Shown here: positions 1-13,911 of the stretch, piece after piece
Position numbering within the stretch: the first letter of the stretch is position 1
How the letters are laid out: each line of letters starts with the position of its first letter
Assembly (NCBI GenBank): GCA_951406725.2
Contig: OX597823.1
Location: forward strand, 103,168,001 to 103,232,000
Length of the DNA: 64,000 bases
Reading direction: 5' to 3'
From: Octopus vulgaris
Taxonomy: Eukaryota
Notes under the pieces: model-generated
What the model saw: the letters and a program-made list of their open reading frames with translations, nothing else
Databases searched by the model: none
What the model was told of the DNA's origin: nothing
Made by a program: the position numbers and the translations under genes

Positions 1-1592
1 GCTAATGAGAATAGTCTTAAACAGGATTAAAATACCTTAAAATACCTTAACTAGTATACTGTCTGATAGAAATAGTAAGGTCTAAATATGTAAAAGAAAA
101 TAATATCAAGTTGTTGAGATTTATTTTTATTGTAGTAGCAAACAGGTTTAATTCTTGAAAAATTTGAATACAGTCATATTCTCTGAGTAAGGAAAATTCC
201 AATTTTTGAAGTTCATATGGGATTAGTCTACCTACAGCTTTTTCAGACCCTGTGAGACCTATTCCTCTTGAACTCTACATGCTGATGGCTGTAGATAAAA
301 CATGAACAATGATGAAGTTCCTGAAGTTACGGAGAGGAAATGGTTAGTGTATAGCTTGGAATGCATGGGGGGGGGGAGTGGGTGTCTTGCTTTCTTTCAT
401 CTGACACAACATGGATGTAGAGAAAGAAACAAGAAAGTCAGGTGGTCCTGACACAAAGCAATGAAGTTGGAACAATGGTACAGGTTTAATTTTCATTTGC
501 AATGAAGGAAGAATACAACAATGGTTTCAGTTTACAAATAATTGTGAGATTATCATAGTTTTTACTTGTCCTTTTATTTCTGTATTCCATAGGAAAGTAA
601 AATATTTGTACTAAATTGATGGTGATACAACAACATCATCATCATTGTTTAACGTCCGTTTTCCATGCTGGCATGGGTTGGACGGTTCGACCGGGGTCTG
701 GGAAGCCAGGAGGCTGCACCAGGCTCCAGTCTGATCTTGCAGTGTTTCTACAGTTGGATGCCCTTCCTAACGCCAACCACTCCGTGAATGTAGTGGGTGC
801 TTTTGCCACTGGCACGTGCCAGGGGAGGCTGGCAGTGGCCACGATTGGAACACATCTATATAATTAGTCATTGGGTAAATATTGCAGTGTAGGCAGATAA
901 TCTCTGGGAAATTCAAGCCCAAAACTTGATTTCAAGTCTTAGTTATTTCACATAGCTAAAGAATTTGTTAAAGGGATAAGCATAACGCAATAGAATTTTC
1001 AATCTCTCCCACATCTATAAACTTAATATCTACATGGAGAGAAGTTAGTTAAATTCTATCCAGTAAGTCAGGCATTTTCTTTCTCTCTTCTTCACAATCC
1101 GAATGCACTTCAGTTTAGAATGTCTGTAAACTAAATCTATATGAAATAAAAATTTACTTTGCATTCACAAACCCTTGGCATATTTTACTCCCCACTCCTT
1201 CATTTCAACTCTCAGACACACAATCAAGAGAAACATTTGTAATTCATAGATGTCTTTAATCAGTTAACTATTCAGGACCCCTAGTGAAACCACTGAGCAC
1301 CCCTGTCACACTGCCAAATTCTGTTCTAAATATAAAAAGGTTTGTCTATATTTCATCTCATGGTATGTTCGAAACCCTTACGTGATCACTTGGCCACCAA
1401 GAAATAGCAGCTAAATCACATCCTACCATTTTAGAAAAGCAAAGACGCTGTAGCTAGTGTAGTTATAGAGTCCTAGATATACTATGCCTGAAACTGAAAT
1501 AGGATTTTCTTGCCTGGAATTCCTTTGATCAGTAATATGTTAAATGAGAGCTAACCTGGAAATAAACAACATCAATAGGAAGGAAATCTTAC

Positions 1593-1983
1593 CAGAACTT
1601 GAGATATTCATACAACTGTACATACCATATATGGTATACACATAAAGAGTTCCTGGAGGCATGAACATAGCTTCAGTCCGTTTTGTTCTTCTATTGTTGT
1701 AAGAATGGGAACATGCATCTTCAATGCCACAGTATGCTTCTGTTTCCACTATTTTACCACAAACCTGAGAGCCATCATCGAATGCTCGTACAATATACTT
1801 GCCAAGAAGAGCTCTGCTAAGTTCTACACATTCTTTTTGGTAGAAAGTGCCTATAAGCCTAAGGCATGGATCAAACAGTTTTTCAATGCTTGAAGAACTT
1901 TCCTCCTTGTTTTGTTTGGCAAAATATTTACAAGTGGTTATTTCAGAATCTTTATGCTCAGCTTGTCTCTTTTTTGATGCCAT
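1593..1983 (-). CDS. MPG: DNA-3-methyladenine glycosylase (MPG/AAG), first coding exon; gene continues left of the window
   Basis: Translation has the AAG motifs LSRALLGK, GKIVETEAY, SHSY..RRTKRTEAMF, PGTLYVYTIYGMYSCMNISS. Acceptor tttAG at 2000-1999 follows a pyrimidine tract; donor G|GTAAG at 1593/1592 (phase 1). The ORF-track tail 1540-1592 is intron read-through. Confidence 0.95.
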
Positions 1984-2348
1984 ATTTCTTTGCTTTCACT
2001 AAAGACAGCGAGAGATGAAAAGAAAGATATGAGAAAAATGTGAAAGAGAGCGATTGGGAGGAGATGAAAAAGTAGTGAAGACAGATACACACACATAGGT
2101 AATATATGATATATCGTTTATTTTTGACAAGTTTTAGCCATTGGACTGAAGCTATGCAGGGGCACTGCCTTGAACAGTCTTAGTTGAACAAGCTGACACC
2201 AGTACTAAATTTTTTAAGACAAATATATATTCTATCACTCCACTTTTGCTGAACCACTAAGTTATGGGTTACAGGGATATAAACCAAAATTGGTTGTTAC
2301 GTGGTGGTGGACAGGGTAAACACAAACACTAAGACACACTCACATATG

Positions 2349-2384
<36 letters not shown>

Positions 2385-2424
2385 CTAGACTACCTGTGGC
2401 CTGTTGGATCACCAATAGTTAAAG

Positions 2425-2880
2425 ATACCCCAAAAAAGTGTATCTTGGGAGCCCATGGTCCGATTCATGGAAAACTTGTTTTATTCCATTTGTATTCACA
2501 TTTCTATGGTACCTTACTTTCAAAGCATTTTCCCCATTATGCGCTGGTTTAACTATTTATAAAGGTATCCGAAAAAACTGTGTATCTCGGGAACCTATGG
2601 TCTGATTTACGCGAAATGTGTTTTATTCTGTTTGTATTCACATTTCAATGGTACCCTACTTTCAAAGTATTTTCCCATTATGTGCCGGTTTAGCTGTATT
2701 AAATTACGGACAAGTGTGCATGCAAGCAAGTATGCAGTCATAAAGGTGCCCCCCAAAAGTGCGTATCTCAGGAACCAGTGGTCTGATTTATACGAAACTT
2801 ATCTTATTCCGTTTGTACTCCCATTTCAGGGGCACCTTACTTTCAGAGTATTTTCCCATTATGTGTTGGTTTAACTATAG
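2425..2880. repeat. Three diverged tandem copies of a unit of about 150-180 bp
   Basis: GTATCT..GGA.CC..TGGTC.GATT...TTTGTA.TC.CATTTC...ACCTTACTTTCA.AG.ATTTTCCCATTATG recurs at about 2440, 2582 and 2762. Confidence 0.85.
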
Positions 2881-3534
2881 AAACTATCTTAATTTTGTTA
2901 AATATAGCTATTTGTCTGTTCCATTTTCAATCCTTACAATGTTCCTTCCTTATATAAAATATGACAATGAGTGTCATTGCCATACAAGTGATCTTTGCTT
3001 CCAATCTTCTGTCTGACCCATGCAATTATGTATTATTTAAGGGAAAGAAATTTTTAGCTGTTATTTCTAGCAGATCAAGCAAGCACACAGAAGTCCCCTC
3101 AAATATTTCAGGCACAAATTCGATTGTGACCGTATAAAACTATCATTTACACCAAAATATAAGCATTACCCTCAATTACAACAGTTGACAATAATTAAAA
3201 GTCATTAACTATACGGTAATAAGGAAATAAAAAAATGGCTCTTGTTAATTTGACAGCTATTATTTTTGCTTGTTTGTAAAGTTAGGTTTAAGATAAGTGT
3301 AGTTTTGGTGCCTGAGGCTTTTATTGTTAAAGGAGAATGTGAGGTCTTTATGTAATTAGTGTTGAATATGTCTAAAAGTTTAATTTCAGGTAATTAAAAT
3401 GTCAAACCTTATCATACATACATACATACACATTTGTATCAGCCTCTGTGTGTGTGAGAGATAGAGAGATAGATAGACAGAGAGATAGAGATAGGGATAG
3501 AGAGATAGAGACAGAAAGTGATAGATAGATAGAT

Positions 3535-3595
<61 letters not shown>

Positions 3596-4099
3596 AGCTA
3601 ATTTTATTTGGCCAGTAATATCTTACAAAATTACACAAACACACCATACAGATACAGAGATGCAGTCACTCTCTCTGCAAGAAATATCAGTCAAATCATT
3701 CTCAAAATCACAATCTAACATCTTAAAAACAAAGTGATACAGTGGACACTGTTGTCCTGGATACCCCGCCCCCGCCAAAAAATCTGATGAGCATGCACTA
3801 CATGCCTGTATTCTAGGCGTAACAGCTGGAACTGATGCAACCTACTAGTGCAAAAATTTTCACATATGCACAGGATGGGGGTGGTGTCACCTCCCACCCT
3901 AAGGATTTTGCCCATGTGACATTAGTTTTGGTGGGAAAAAACGAAGTCGGATACTTATTTCTAGCAGATCAAGCAAGCACACAGAAGCCCCCTCAAATAT
4001 TTCAGGCACAAATTCGATTGTGACCGTATAAAACTATCATTTACACCAAAATATAAGCATTGAATAAATAGAAAAACAAGAAATCTTCCATTAGCAATT

Positions 4100-4189
4100 T
4101 ATCTGAAGAATTGCTAATGGGAGATTTCTTATAAGTTTTTCTACATGTATATCAATCTAACTCATATTGGTGAAGAAACATACGTAATA
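4100..4189 (+). ncRNA. Degenerate type-I hammerhead ribozyme
   Basis: TAT-CTGAAGA-[TTGCTAATGGGAG...CTCATATTGGTGA stem]-GAAA-CATACG-TA-ATA. Stem I is only 3 bp, and there is an adjacent inversion at 4069-4143. Confidence 0.5.
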
Positions 4190-4938
4190 TGGAATAAACA
4201 TTATTATTTTGACTGGCATTCGTTGCTAGTGGAGCGCTAAGAGTACCATAGGAGTGAGATCGTTGCCAGAGCAACAAGCTGGCCTCTGTGCCGATGGCAT
4301 GTTAAACACACCATTTGAGGGTGATTGTTACCTGCGTCACCTTACTAGCACTTGTGTTGGTGGCACGTGGAAAAAAAAAAAACATTCGAGCGAGGTTGTT
4401 GCCAGTGCCGCTGGACTGGCTCCTGTGCAGGTGGCACATAAAAAGCACTATTTGAGTGTGGCTGTTACCAGTACCACCAAACTGGCCCTCGTGCCGGTGG
4501 CACATAAAAGCACCCACTACACTCTCAGAGTAGTTGGCGTTAGAAGGGCAATCAGCTGTAGAAACTCTGCCAGATCAGATTGGAGTCTGGTTCGCCAGAC
4601 CTCAGTCAAATCGTCCAACCCATGCTAGCATGGAAAGCGGATGTTAAATGGTGATGATTATGGCTTGGTTCCATCCCAGGCCACAATAACAAAGTCCACC
4701 TGTCACACTTCTCAGTCCATCATCATTGCCTTGAGGTCCCAGATACATTCCAGGCCAGTGTCTGCAATCAAGTTGTTGATGTGTGATGATGCTTCCCTCT
4801 TCTTACATCACCATGAAGTGGGTTCCACAAGAATAATTTGGATGCTTCCAGCAGAGGATGGCACACACAGTGACCTGATAGTCACAGCTGTGTTTGCCCA
4901 ATCTTCTCATTAACTTTTTGCAGGTCTCTATAAAAGCA

Positions 4939-5434
4939 ACCTATTTCTTTACTACCCACAAGGGGCTAAACATAGAGTGGACAAATAAGGACAGACAAAG
5001 GGATTAAGCCAATTACATCGACCCCAGTGCGTAACTGGTACTTAACTTATCGAACCTGATAAATTAAGGCGGCAAGCTGGCAGAAACGTTAGCACGCCGG
5101 GCGAAATGCGTAGCCGTATTTCGTCTGCCGTTATGTTCTGAGTTCAAATTTCACCGACGTCGCCTTTGCCTTTCATCCTTTCAGGGGTCGATAAATTAAG
5201 TACCAGTTACGCACTGGGGTCGATGTAATCGACTTAATCCATTTGTCTGTCCTTGTTTGTCCCCTCTGTGTTTAGCCCCTTGTGGGTAGTAAAGAAATAG
5301 GTACTTAATTTATCAACCCCGAAAGGATGAAAAGCAAAGTCGACCTCGGCGGAATTTGAACTCAGAACGTAACGGCAGACGAAATACATCTACGCATTTC
5401 GCCTGGTGTGCTAACGTTTCTGCCAGCTTGCCAC
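4939..5434. mobile_element. Nested SINE pair: plus copy 5068-5300 inserted in a minus copy of the same family; more copies at 40331-40458(+), 41217-41447(+), 45799-46216(-, tandem), 51462-51690(+)
   Basis: GGCGGCGAGCTGGCAGAAACGTTAGC head, GAGTTCAAATT B-box, CCTTTCATCCTTTCGGGGTCGATAAATTAAGTACC core. GGTACTTAA.TTATC is duplicated around the insert. Confidence 0.88.
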
Positions 5435-5865
5435 CATCTCTATAAAAGCAATCATTTATCATATGCTGCTGCCATTTCACATTTAGGGTCATATGTAACA
5501 TCCTTGTGTAACATCCATTTAGTCTGTTTGATAATTTCTGTCTCAGTGTCCATGTTTTACTGTCACATAATAGCACTGATTTGATTGTAGCAAATTTTCC
5601 AGTTTTCTCTTTTAATACGCAATTACTTTGCAAAAAGTACTTTCTAGTATTTAACAGCATTCTTCAATGTTTCCAACTTTGATATGGATCATAACATCTA
5701 CGGATATACTTTGGAGAACTAGAAAATGCAGATATGCTTCATGAGAGCACAACTTGCACTATAACTCTATCTACATACTATATATAATACTAGCAGAAAT
5801 ACCCGGCATTGCTCAGGATTACAATGGCATAGTTTGTATATATATTACAATTATGTTGAAACAGT

Positions 5866-6155
5866 GGAGGCGCAATGGCCCAGTGGTTAGGGCAGCGGAC
5901 TCATGATCACAGTTTCGATTCCCAGACCGGGCGTTGTGTGTGTTTATTGAGTGAAAACACCTAAAAGCTCCACGAGGCTCTGGCAGGGTGTGGTGGCAAC
6001 CCCTGTTGTACTCTTTCGCCCCAACTTTCTCTCACCCTTTCTTCCTGTTTCTTGAGTAATGCTGCGATGGACTGGCATCCCATCCAGCTGGGAGGAACAC
6101 ACATGCCACAGAAACCGGGCCCATGAGCCTGGCTAGGCTTGAAAAGGGCACATAA
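5866..6155 (+). mobile_element. tRNA-derived SINE (third family)
   Basis: TGGCCCAGTGGTTAGG A-box and GTTTCGATTCCC B-box followed by a non-tRNA body. Confidence 0.7.
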
Positions 6156-7061
6156 ATATAAAAAATATGTTGAAACAAGTGATGTAGGAAAGTGAAGCAT
6201 TGACGAGAAAACATTTGTGGAGTAAATGATGGGCTCTGTTTGGAGGAATTCAGGCCCTAATCTGTCATGGAAAATTGGAGTTGTGGGGTAAGTGATTTTT
6301 GAATGCATTGAAAAGCTGTCAGTGGATATACTCTCCTTTGTGACGGTTGGGACTGCATCTAGCATGACCCATCGCATGGTTGACAGTCGAATGAATGTAG
6401 GTGTACATTCCGCAAATGGGCTACAATGGGAGATGGCAACGGGAAAGTGAACTGTTGCAGAAAGCGAAGGGTTGACATTGGATTGCTGGTGTGGCTGTGG
6501 AATAAGAAACATAAACTGAGCCACAGACAAACATTCATATACAAAATGTGATGATACTCTCATACATATAGTAAGACAGACACACACAGACATACATAGC
6601 TTTTCACCTCACTGGTAGTGGTGGTATAAAATGTCCTTTACTATCGTGTACATATTGAATGTGCAAACACACACACAGACACATACACACTCATATAAAA
6701 TGTCCTGTACTATAGTTGACAAGAAAGATTATTTCTATGAAATGAAAAAAAAATATCATATGTTGACATATATATGATTTATAATTCTCCTTTGACATAA
6801 AACAATGGAACCTTTGTAAGGTGCAGCATTAAATTTTGTTTCGAATATCTGTTCTTTAATATTATTATATTTGATTTGATGGAAGGATGTTTTTGGACTT
6901 CCAAACATTTCCAGTGAATAAAAAAAAAGGTATGTCATGAAGGTCTAATAGGGGAAAAAAGTTATTAATAATGTGGCAGCAGTCTTCTGAGAATTTATAC
7001 AGAAATACATGACCCTTGTTAACTGGTCTGGAACCAAGAATGCTGGAAAATTGGTTGTGTG

Positions 7062-7131
<70 letters not shown>

Positions 7132-7308
7132 GACTGTACAGACAGCGTGTGTGTAGATAAATTGTAAGTTCACAAACATTGTAGTCTTGCTGCGTAAATA
7201 ACCAGTTTCGAGTGTTCACTGGTTTAGGCCTTCAGAGAGAAGCAACAGTTTAGAGTAATGAGCAACGAATCCAGTTTTACTCATTTGCATATCCGTACAT
7301 TCACTTAC

Positions 7309-8891
7309 TTTGTGTATTAAATAACTAAAATACTAAATATACTGATATATAAATGCGTAAAATCGGCGCCTGTCACTCAAAGTATTTTTGATAAGTAGCT
7401 CAAATCTGCATTCTCATTCTCTGGAGGAGGCCAGCTCCAGTGAATACAGTTAAGATGGTAATAACCTGTCAAAAATAGTTGAGATTAGGTTCGTCCTAGA
7501 AACAGAGAGAGCCCTGCTACTTAATCACAACATACCCCCACTCATTCACTCTCTCTCTTTTTGTTTCTGTCAGTGTCTGTAATTTGTCTCTAATTTAATG
7601 GCATTTTGCGATTCTGTATACATCTATGTGAACTCCTAAATGCTTGTCTATCTATTGAAGTTGCGCTTGACCTGTCCCTGAAACGTCCCCTTATTCGGCG
7701 CGTTTGTGACAAGAACAAAGGATTTTAAGTGACAGAACATCTCTTCGGCATTTCGCATCGTCTTCGATGTTGCCTCTCATGCTTCTGTGATAAGAACCAG
7801 GTTCTACAAGTCGAGGGTCAGTTAAGATGTCTTCATTTTTCAATTTGTGATCTTATGCATGTTAGAAATCAGCTATGGGTAATAGAATCGGAATATTCAT
7901 CCGTTGATGGTTAAAGGAATAAGCACCAGTTAAGTTGTGAGTGAAATCATCTATCAGATGTTATTGTGTCTAAGATTAAGATTAGTTTTAGGCCGGTGGA
8001 TAGCAAAACTAGCAGAACAGTAAACAAAATGCTCTGTCATTTTATATTCTGAGTTCAAATCCTTTCAGGAAAGCTGTACATTTCATCCAACGCCGCAGTT
8101 TAATTAATTGTTTCTTTCTAACAAGATTTCTGGCCTTGTGTTTGTGTTACAAATCGTTATTATTTTTCCAAGTAAATCAATGTAAGATCTTTTGTTAGTT
8201 TCAGAAGGGATGCGAGAATCATGTGCACAGCCTTTTATTCTAGACCAAAACAAAAACATTTAAAAAAGATATTATCCAACATTCAACGATAAAAACAAGA
8301 TAAGCCTAAATTAAAATTAAAATCAACAAGTTAATAGGAAATTACATCAGTATTTAAGAAGCTCACACGAGTAAGTTCCTTCCGTGTATGGAAATGCCTT
8401 CAAGGAGTAACTTAAATACTGATCCAGCAATCATCAGTTTCAAAGGAAACAACTTATTTTATCTCAAATCACACACCGTACCATCCATAAAAAGGTAAAA
8501 TATATTGAGTAATATAATTCGTGGTACACACTGTCTAAAAAAAGTGACAAGATAGTTAAGACTGGAATGCTTTTAATTATAAACCTGACTAAGATCAATG
8601 AAGGATTCAATATCTACCGCAAATTTTTATCGGGAGACTTAATCTGGCAACCGGTTTAAGACGACCACATGGTCATAATCCCTGGTTGCCATTAGCTGAG
8701 TTCAATCTGTTTCAAACAATCGGACAAGTTCTACTAGTCATTGTGGCGCTGAAAAATGGTCCATGAAGTTGTTTTTTTTAATTTTTAACGACCATATTAA
8801 GACGTTTAGCATGTTTTTTTTCTATCTATTTACATATATATATGGAGCAATAAACGGAAATTTGACTCTCTCTCTCTCCATACAAACACAC

Positions 8892-8926
<35 letters not shown>

Positions 8927-9543
8927 CAGTCAAATTAAATGGACAGTAGTCAAGTAGATGTAGGATATCGTGAAATGAGTCAGTGAGAGAGCCACTACTT
9001 GTCCGTTATGCTAGAAATAGCAGCTAAATCTTCCTCGAATCCAGCACTTATATTAAAAAAGGGATACATTGAATAGCCTAGTCGTATTATTGAAAGGGGA
9101 ATGTCAGCTGTAAATGTTTCGATTAAGGGCATGCCCAGTCACAGAATGACAGTTGACATCGGGTTAAAAAAAACAAACAAATGTATTAGAAGCAGTACTC
9201 AACAATCGTCTTAAGAATAGTAGTTATTGTAGCGGCAGTTGTAGTAGTGGATGTAGAAGCAGTAATATTGGAACTTGCATGTCAATGAGAGCCCATTGCT
9301 GTCCTGAGATTAATAGATAGTGGGAGGGAGGGTGAGAGAGAGAGAGAGAGACTGAAAGAGAAAGAGAGGGTGGGCGGAGGTGAGAGAGAGAGAGAGAGAG
9401 TGAAATAAACAAGGCGTCACTATTTCCTCGTTAGAAACCCAGTAATGGTTGCTTGCTCTTGTTCACAGCACATTAGATACCTGTTCTAATTAAAGAAAAA
9501 AGAAAAAAAAAAAGGGATAATATTTTTCTCGTCTTTCGCAGAG
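7309..9543. promoter_or_regulatory. Candidate bidirectional promoter region with putative non-coding first exons of MPG (minus, donor at 7308) and iRhom (plus, donor at 9544)
   Basis: Outward-facing consensus donors: AAA|GTAAGT on minus at 7309/7308 and GAG|GTAAGT on plus at 9543/9544. The interval has few recognisable transposons and several CpG-containing motifs. Both first coding exons start with acceptors, so upstream UTR exons are required. Confidence 0.45.
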
Positions 9544-10426
9544 GTAAGTCTATTGTCTTTCGTTTCCACCCAAATTACTTTCTAATGTCCCGATTTATCA
9601 CAAATCTTTCATTATTACCTTAGTTGAATTAAATAGCGGTAAACTTTCCTTCACTGCCTTTGTTATAATTGATAAAGGTAAACTTCCTTAAAATGTTTTA
9701 GTTACTGATAGAAGTATAAATCAGACTTTTTATGTTTTAGAAACCATATCTGGAAATGTGCAGGTGAGCTTAGGAGATATTACAATAATTAGAAACGACC
9801 TTTTTAGAGTTGAAATACCTGATTTCTCCCCACTTCCTCTTTACATGTATCAACAAAACCCTCTTGGCTTGGATATACTTTTTAACTAAAGGCCGATTTA
9901 TTAAATGACCAGTAATTATCTCGGTCATTCTTTCTCATGTATAAATTGAAACCAATAAGTAATTAATAAATTACTTAAATTGTATTAGTTTCGGTTCTTC
10001 ATACCAATGTATATCTAGTTTTTCTCCAGGTTGCTAGCTTATTTTCATTTAGTCCTAGGCCAGCTCTAATTGACGAAACGTATGATCAATGGTGAGCCTG
10101 CCAATCGTGCCCATCCCATTTTAGCAATAGAGGTAAACATTAAAGTAAACCGAACAATTACCCCTAAATTGTTTACTAATAGCGGCCTCTCCATTTTGGA
10201 TAATGATAGAGGCAAACTTTCCTCTCCTCACATGATAGATTTCTTTAAAACATGGTATCTTATTAAACTCATCCACTGATCACATAAGCACAAAACATAT
10301 ATCGCCACACAACCTAAAGAATGTTGGATTTCCTTACTCATCTCTACTCTTTTCTTTCTCTCTCTATGTGTACAAATACATTGATACATACATACATACA
10401 TACACACATACGTGTGTATGTATCCA

Positions 10427-10467
<41 letters not shown>

Positions 10468-11335
10468 AATGCATATATTTTTTTTATTAATCGAGATCGG
10501 ATTGTTTCATGTACTGGAACGAAACTCTCGACCTTTGAGTCACCGTAACGTCTACTGATTATTAATAAACATCAATATATATATTCTCATGTTTTGAATC
10601 ATTTTCCTGTTTGCATCACCAAACACCACACACACACACACACACACACACACATGCATGTATGTTTTTATGTTCAGTTATATATATATAACAAAAAACA
10701 ATTTTTCATTAATCAGAAGGGTTACTCTATACTTTTGTAGAGTACAAATTTAATTATTCTTAATATTAATTGGATAGTGACTTCGAAGTTTCGGGCAGCT
10801 AAATCATCGTCGGACTGTATAATAATATTGAGGGTGAGGAGTGAATGAGCGCACAAAAGCGAGAAACTCCAAGTAGCACCAAAGTGAATCATCAACTTCT
10901 GTGTCTTTGTGTGTGCAAATAAATACTCACATACATACATATGCCTCACATCTCTCTCTAACACACACACACACACACACACTTACACACATGTATGTAT
11001 GTGTGTATATATATATACATACACATTTGAAAAACATTTTGAAGTGGTGTATTTTTGAGTGGGGTGCAAAAGGAAGTCTTGTCATATAGTTGGTGATATC
11101 ATATAGTAAGTAGGTGGGAAATTTAATCAAGCGAAAGAAAGTTTTTTAGTACTGATAGGTAAGAATGAAATTAATATTTAATACAAAGTTGAGTGTAAGT
11201 TGCCACTCGGAGTCCCCGTTCGCGATTCTCAGGCGACTTGTTGTTACTTGAGGGTTCGGGATTGTGTGTGTATGTAGGTGTATTTTTTAAACATCACGAA
11301 ATTTGAAAATAAGTTCTTTCACGAAGTTGCTCAAA

Positions 11336-11668
11336 TACATATATACATACATACATGCACACACACATACATACACACGTACATACACACATACATACAT
11401 ATACACATACATACACACATGCATTCATTCACACATACATACATACATTCACACATACATACGTTCATACACACGTACATACACACATACATGCATACAT
11501 ACACACATACATGCATTCACACATACATATATACATTCATACATACATACATACATACATGCATTCACACATACATACATACACACGTACATACACACAT
11601 ACATACACACATACATACACACATACATACACACATGCACGCATTCACACATACATACATGGATACAT
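11336..11668. repeat. (TACA/CACA)n compound microsatellite
   Basis: Directly visible. Confidence 0.95.
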
Positions 11669-13178
11669 GCAAGTTTACAAAATTAAAATTTGTTACATTC
11701 ATATTTGAAATCGCCAGACCGAATTCGTAGTCTAAGACACTGCGTCATGATATTGAGTCCTTTATTTAGTTCCGCTACCTTTGTTCCCACGAACATGTGC
11801 ACCATCCTTTATATTTATTTCTAAAGCTATGGTATCGTAAACAACACATAACTTAATATATAATAAACTTGAAGGGCGTACTTCACTTAATTAAACTTAA
11901 TTTCTAAAATGGAATATGTCTGGGGAAAAGGAAAAGACGTGCGTATGTTAGGTATTACTTTCATGAAAAGGTTCCTCCAGAATCGTGGATCAGTTGCCTG
12001 CATATAGATATACATAGCTGTGTATGACTTCATACATTGTATATATCCAATATATGAATATGCTTATGTGCACAATGATTATTTTAAACTCTAAAAGGCT
12101 TCCTGTTTTCAAATATGTATTTTCCTTTGACCATTTCTACTGTATATATTCACAAAATTCTGTTTTACACACATAACCCCCGCCCATCCCCGATTAGCCG
12201 ATGTTACATCATTTACATCCATGCTATAAATATTTTGATCATGACATGTGAGCCTTGTCACGGCTCTTTAGTTTATTCCAACAACCATTGTGGATATTTG
12301 ACCATGCTATAGCAATGTTTTGTGTTGGTGTTCGTATTTGTTTTACAAAATGTATCGGTGACTCAGCTTGTTGCCTTTTTCATTGAAGACTTGCATCAAT
12401 AATGTCTGAGTATAAACGGATCCAAAGATATTACAAACCGTTTCTTAATGAATCATACAAATGTCTTTTCTCTCTTTCTTGATTTACCAATATGTATTTC
12501 CCGAAAATAATCTCTGACAGTTTCAAATATAATTAATTAATTATTTAAACCAAAACTAATTCTAATTAACTACACAATAAATTAAAACCTTGCAAAAATA
12601 TACAACATAAACATAATTACCTCACTTAGCGTCTAATTACTTGGCCTGTTAAATTCATTTATAATGTTTATATAAAAATGTGCATGACAAGTATTCATTT
12701 CATATATGTATGTATTTTATACAATGTCCAATACTTGTGTGTGTGTATGTGTAATTATATAGTCGTTTAAGAATCCATAAGTCAGGACAAAGGCACTCGT
12801 TTGTGGATATATTTAATCAACGTATATTTATTTTCCATTCTGCCATTTCTGAGAAGCAGTTATTAGAAATTTGTCTGATTATCTAATATCAAGTGTGAAA
12901 CCAATTGCTTAATGGATCTATAATACTGTATACACCATTTAACGTCCGTTTTCCACGCTGGCCTGGGTTGGACAGTTTGACAGGAGCCGGTAAGACTGGG
13001 GGCTGCACCAGGTTCTGTTGTCTGTTCTGGCATGGTTTTCTACGGCTGGATGCCCTTCTTAATGTCAACTACTTTACAGAGTTCACTGGGTGCTTTTTAC
13101 ATGGCACCAGCAGCAGTGCTTTTTATGTGGCACCATACACTGATTATATTATATATGTATATATATATATATATATAT

Positions 13179-13419
13179 AAACCACCTTTTATCAATTCAA
13201 AATGAATGATTAAATTACACCATCTAGAAAATTACAAATAATAGAAAAGTTAAAATTAAAATAACAATTAAAAAGTAAAGATTAAGTAAATTACAAGAAT
13301 AATATAATGTATATAATTGGTACTTTTTAATTGTTATTTTAATTTTAACTTTTCTATTATATGTAATTTTCTAGATGGTGTAATTTAATCATTCATTTTG
13401 AATTGATAAAAGGTGGTTT
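13179..13419. repeat. Near-perfect 99-bp inverted repeat with 43-bp spacer
   Basis: 13179-13277 is the reverse complement of 13321-13419, with one mismatch seen. Confidence 0.92.
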
Positions 13420-13553
13420 TTTTCTAATATTCTATATATATTATATTGTGTGGAATTTAATTTAGTATTTCTAAATTGAATTCTTTTTCCTTGTAAGTTT
13501 GGATTTTATTCCCTCAAATAATGATTATGTATAATATATATATATATCTGTAT

Positions 13554-13592
<39 letters not shown>

Positions 13593-13671
13593 GTATATCA
13601 TATATATATATATATCTGTATATCATATATATATATCTGTATATCATATATATATATATCTGTATATCATC

Positions 13672-13702
<31 letters not shown>

Positions 13703-13744
13703 TATCTGTATATCATATATATATATATATATATATATCTGTAT

Positions 13745-13786
<42 letters not shown>

Positions 13787-13911
13787 TATCTGTATATCAT
13801 ATATATATATATATATATATCTGTATATCATATATATATATATATATCTGTATATCATATATATATATATATATCTGTATATCATATATATATATCTGTA
13901 TATCATCTCTC

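Noticed and set aside
1-1500. Next MPG exon (expected G.GA.VLLRALEP-like)
   Set aside because: No such reading frame seen on the minus strand; it presumably lies left of the window.
5866-5925. tRNA gene (also SINE heads at 46477, 49850, 56275, 62200)
   Set aside because: A/B boxes are present but there is no complete cloverleaf, and each continues into repeat body sequence.
5961-6593. 210-aa minus-strand ORF
   Set aside because: It spans a SINE and repeat-derived sequence, starts in a (TG) repeat and has no recognisable domain or splice support.
10497-10546. Hammerhead-like stem II + GAAAC...GUC
   Set aside because: The CUGANGA box is absent (CGGATT instead), so at best a dead relic.
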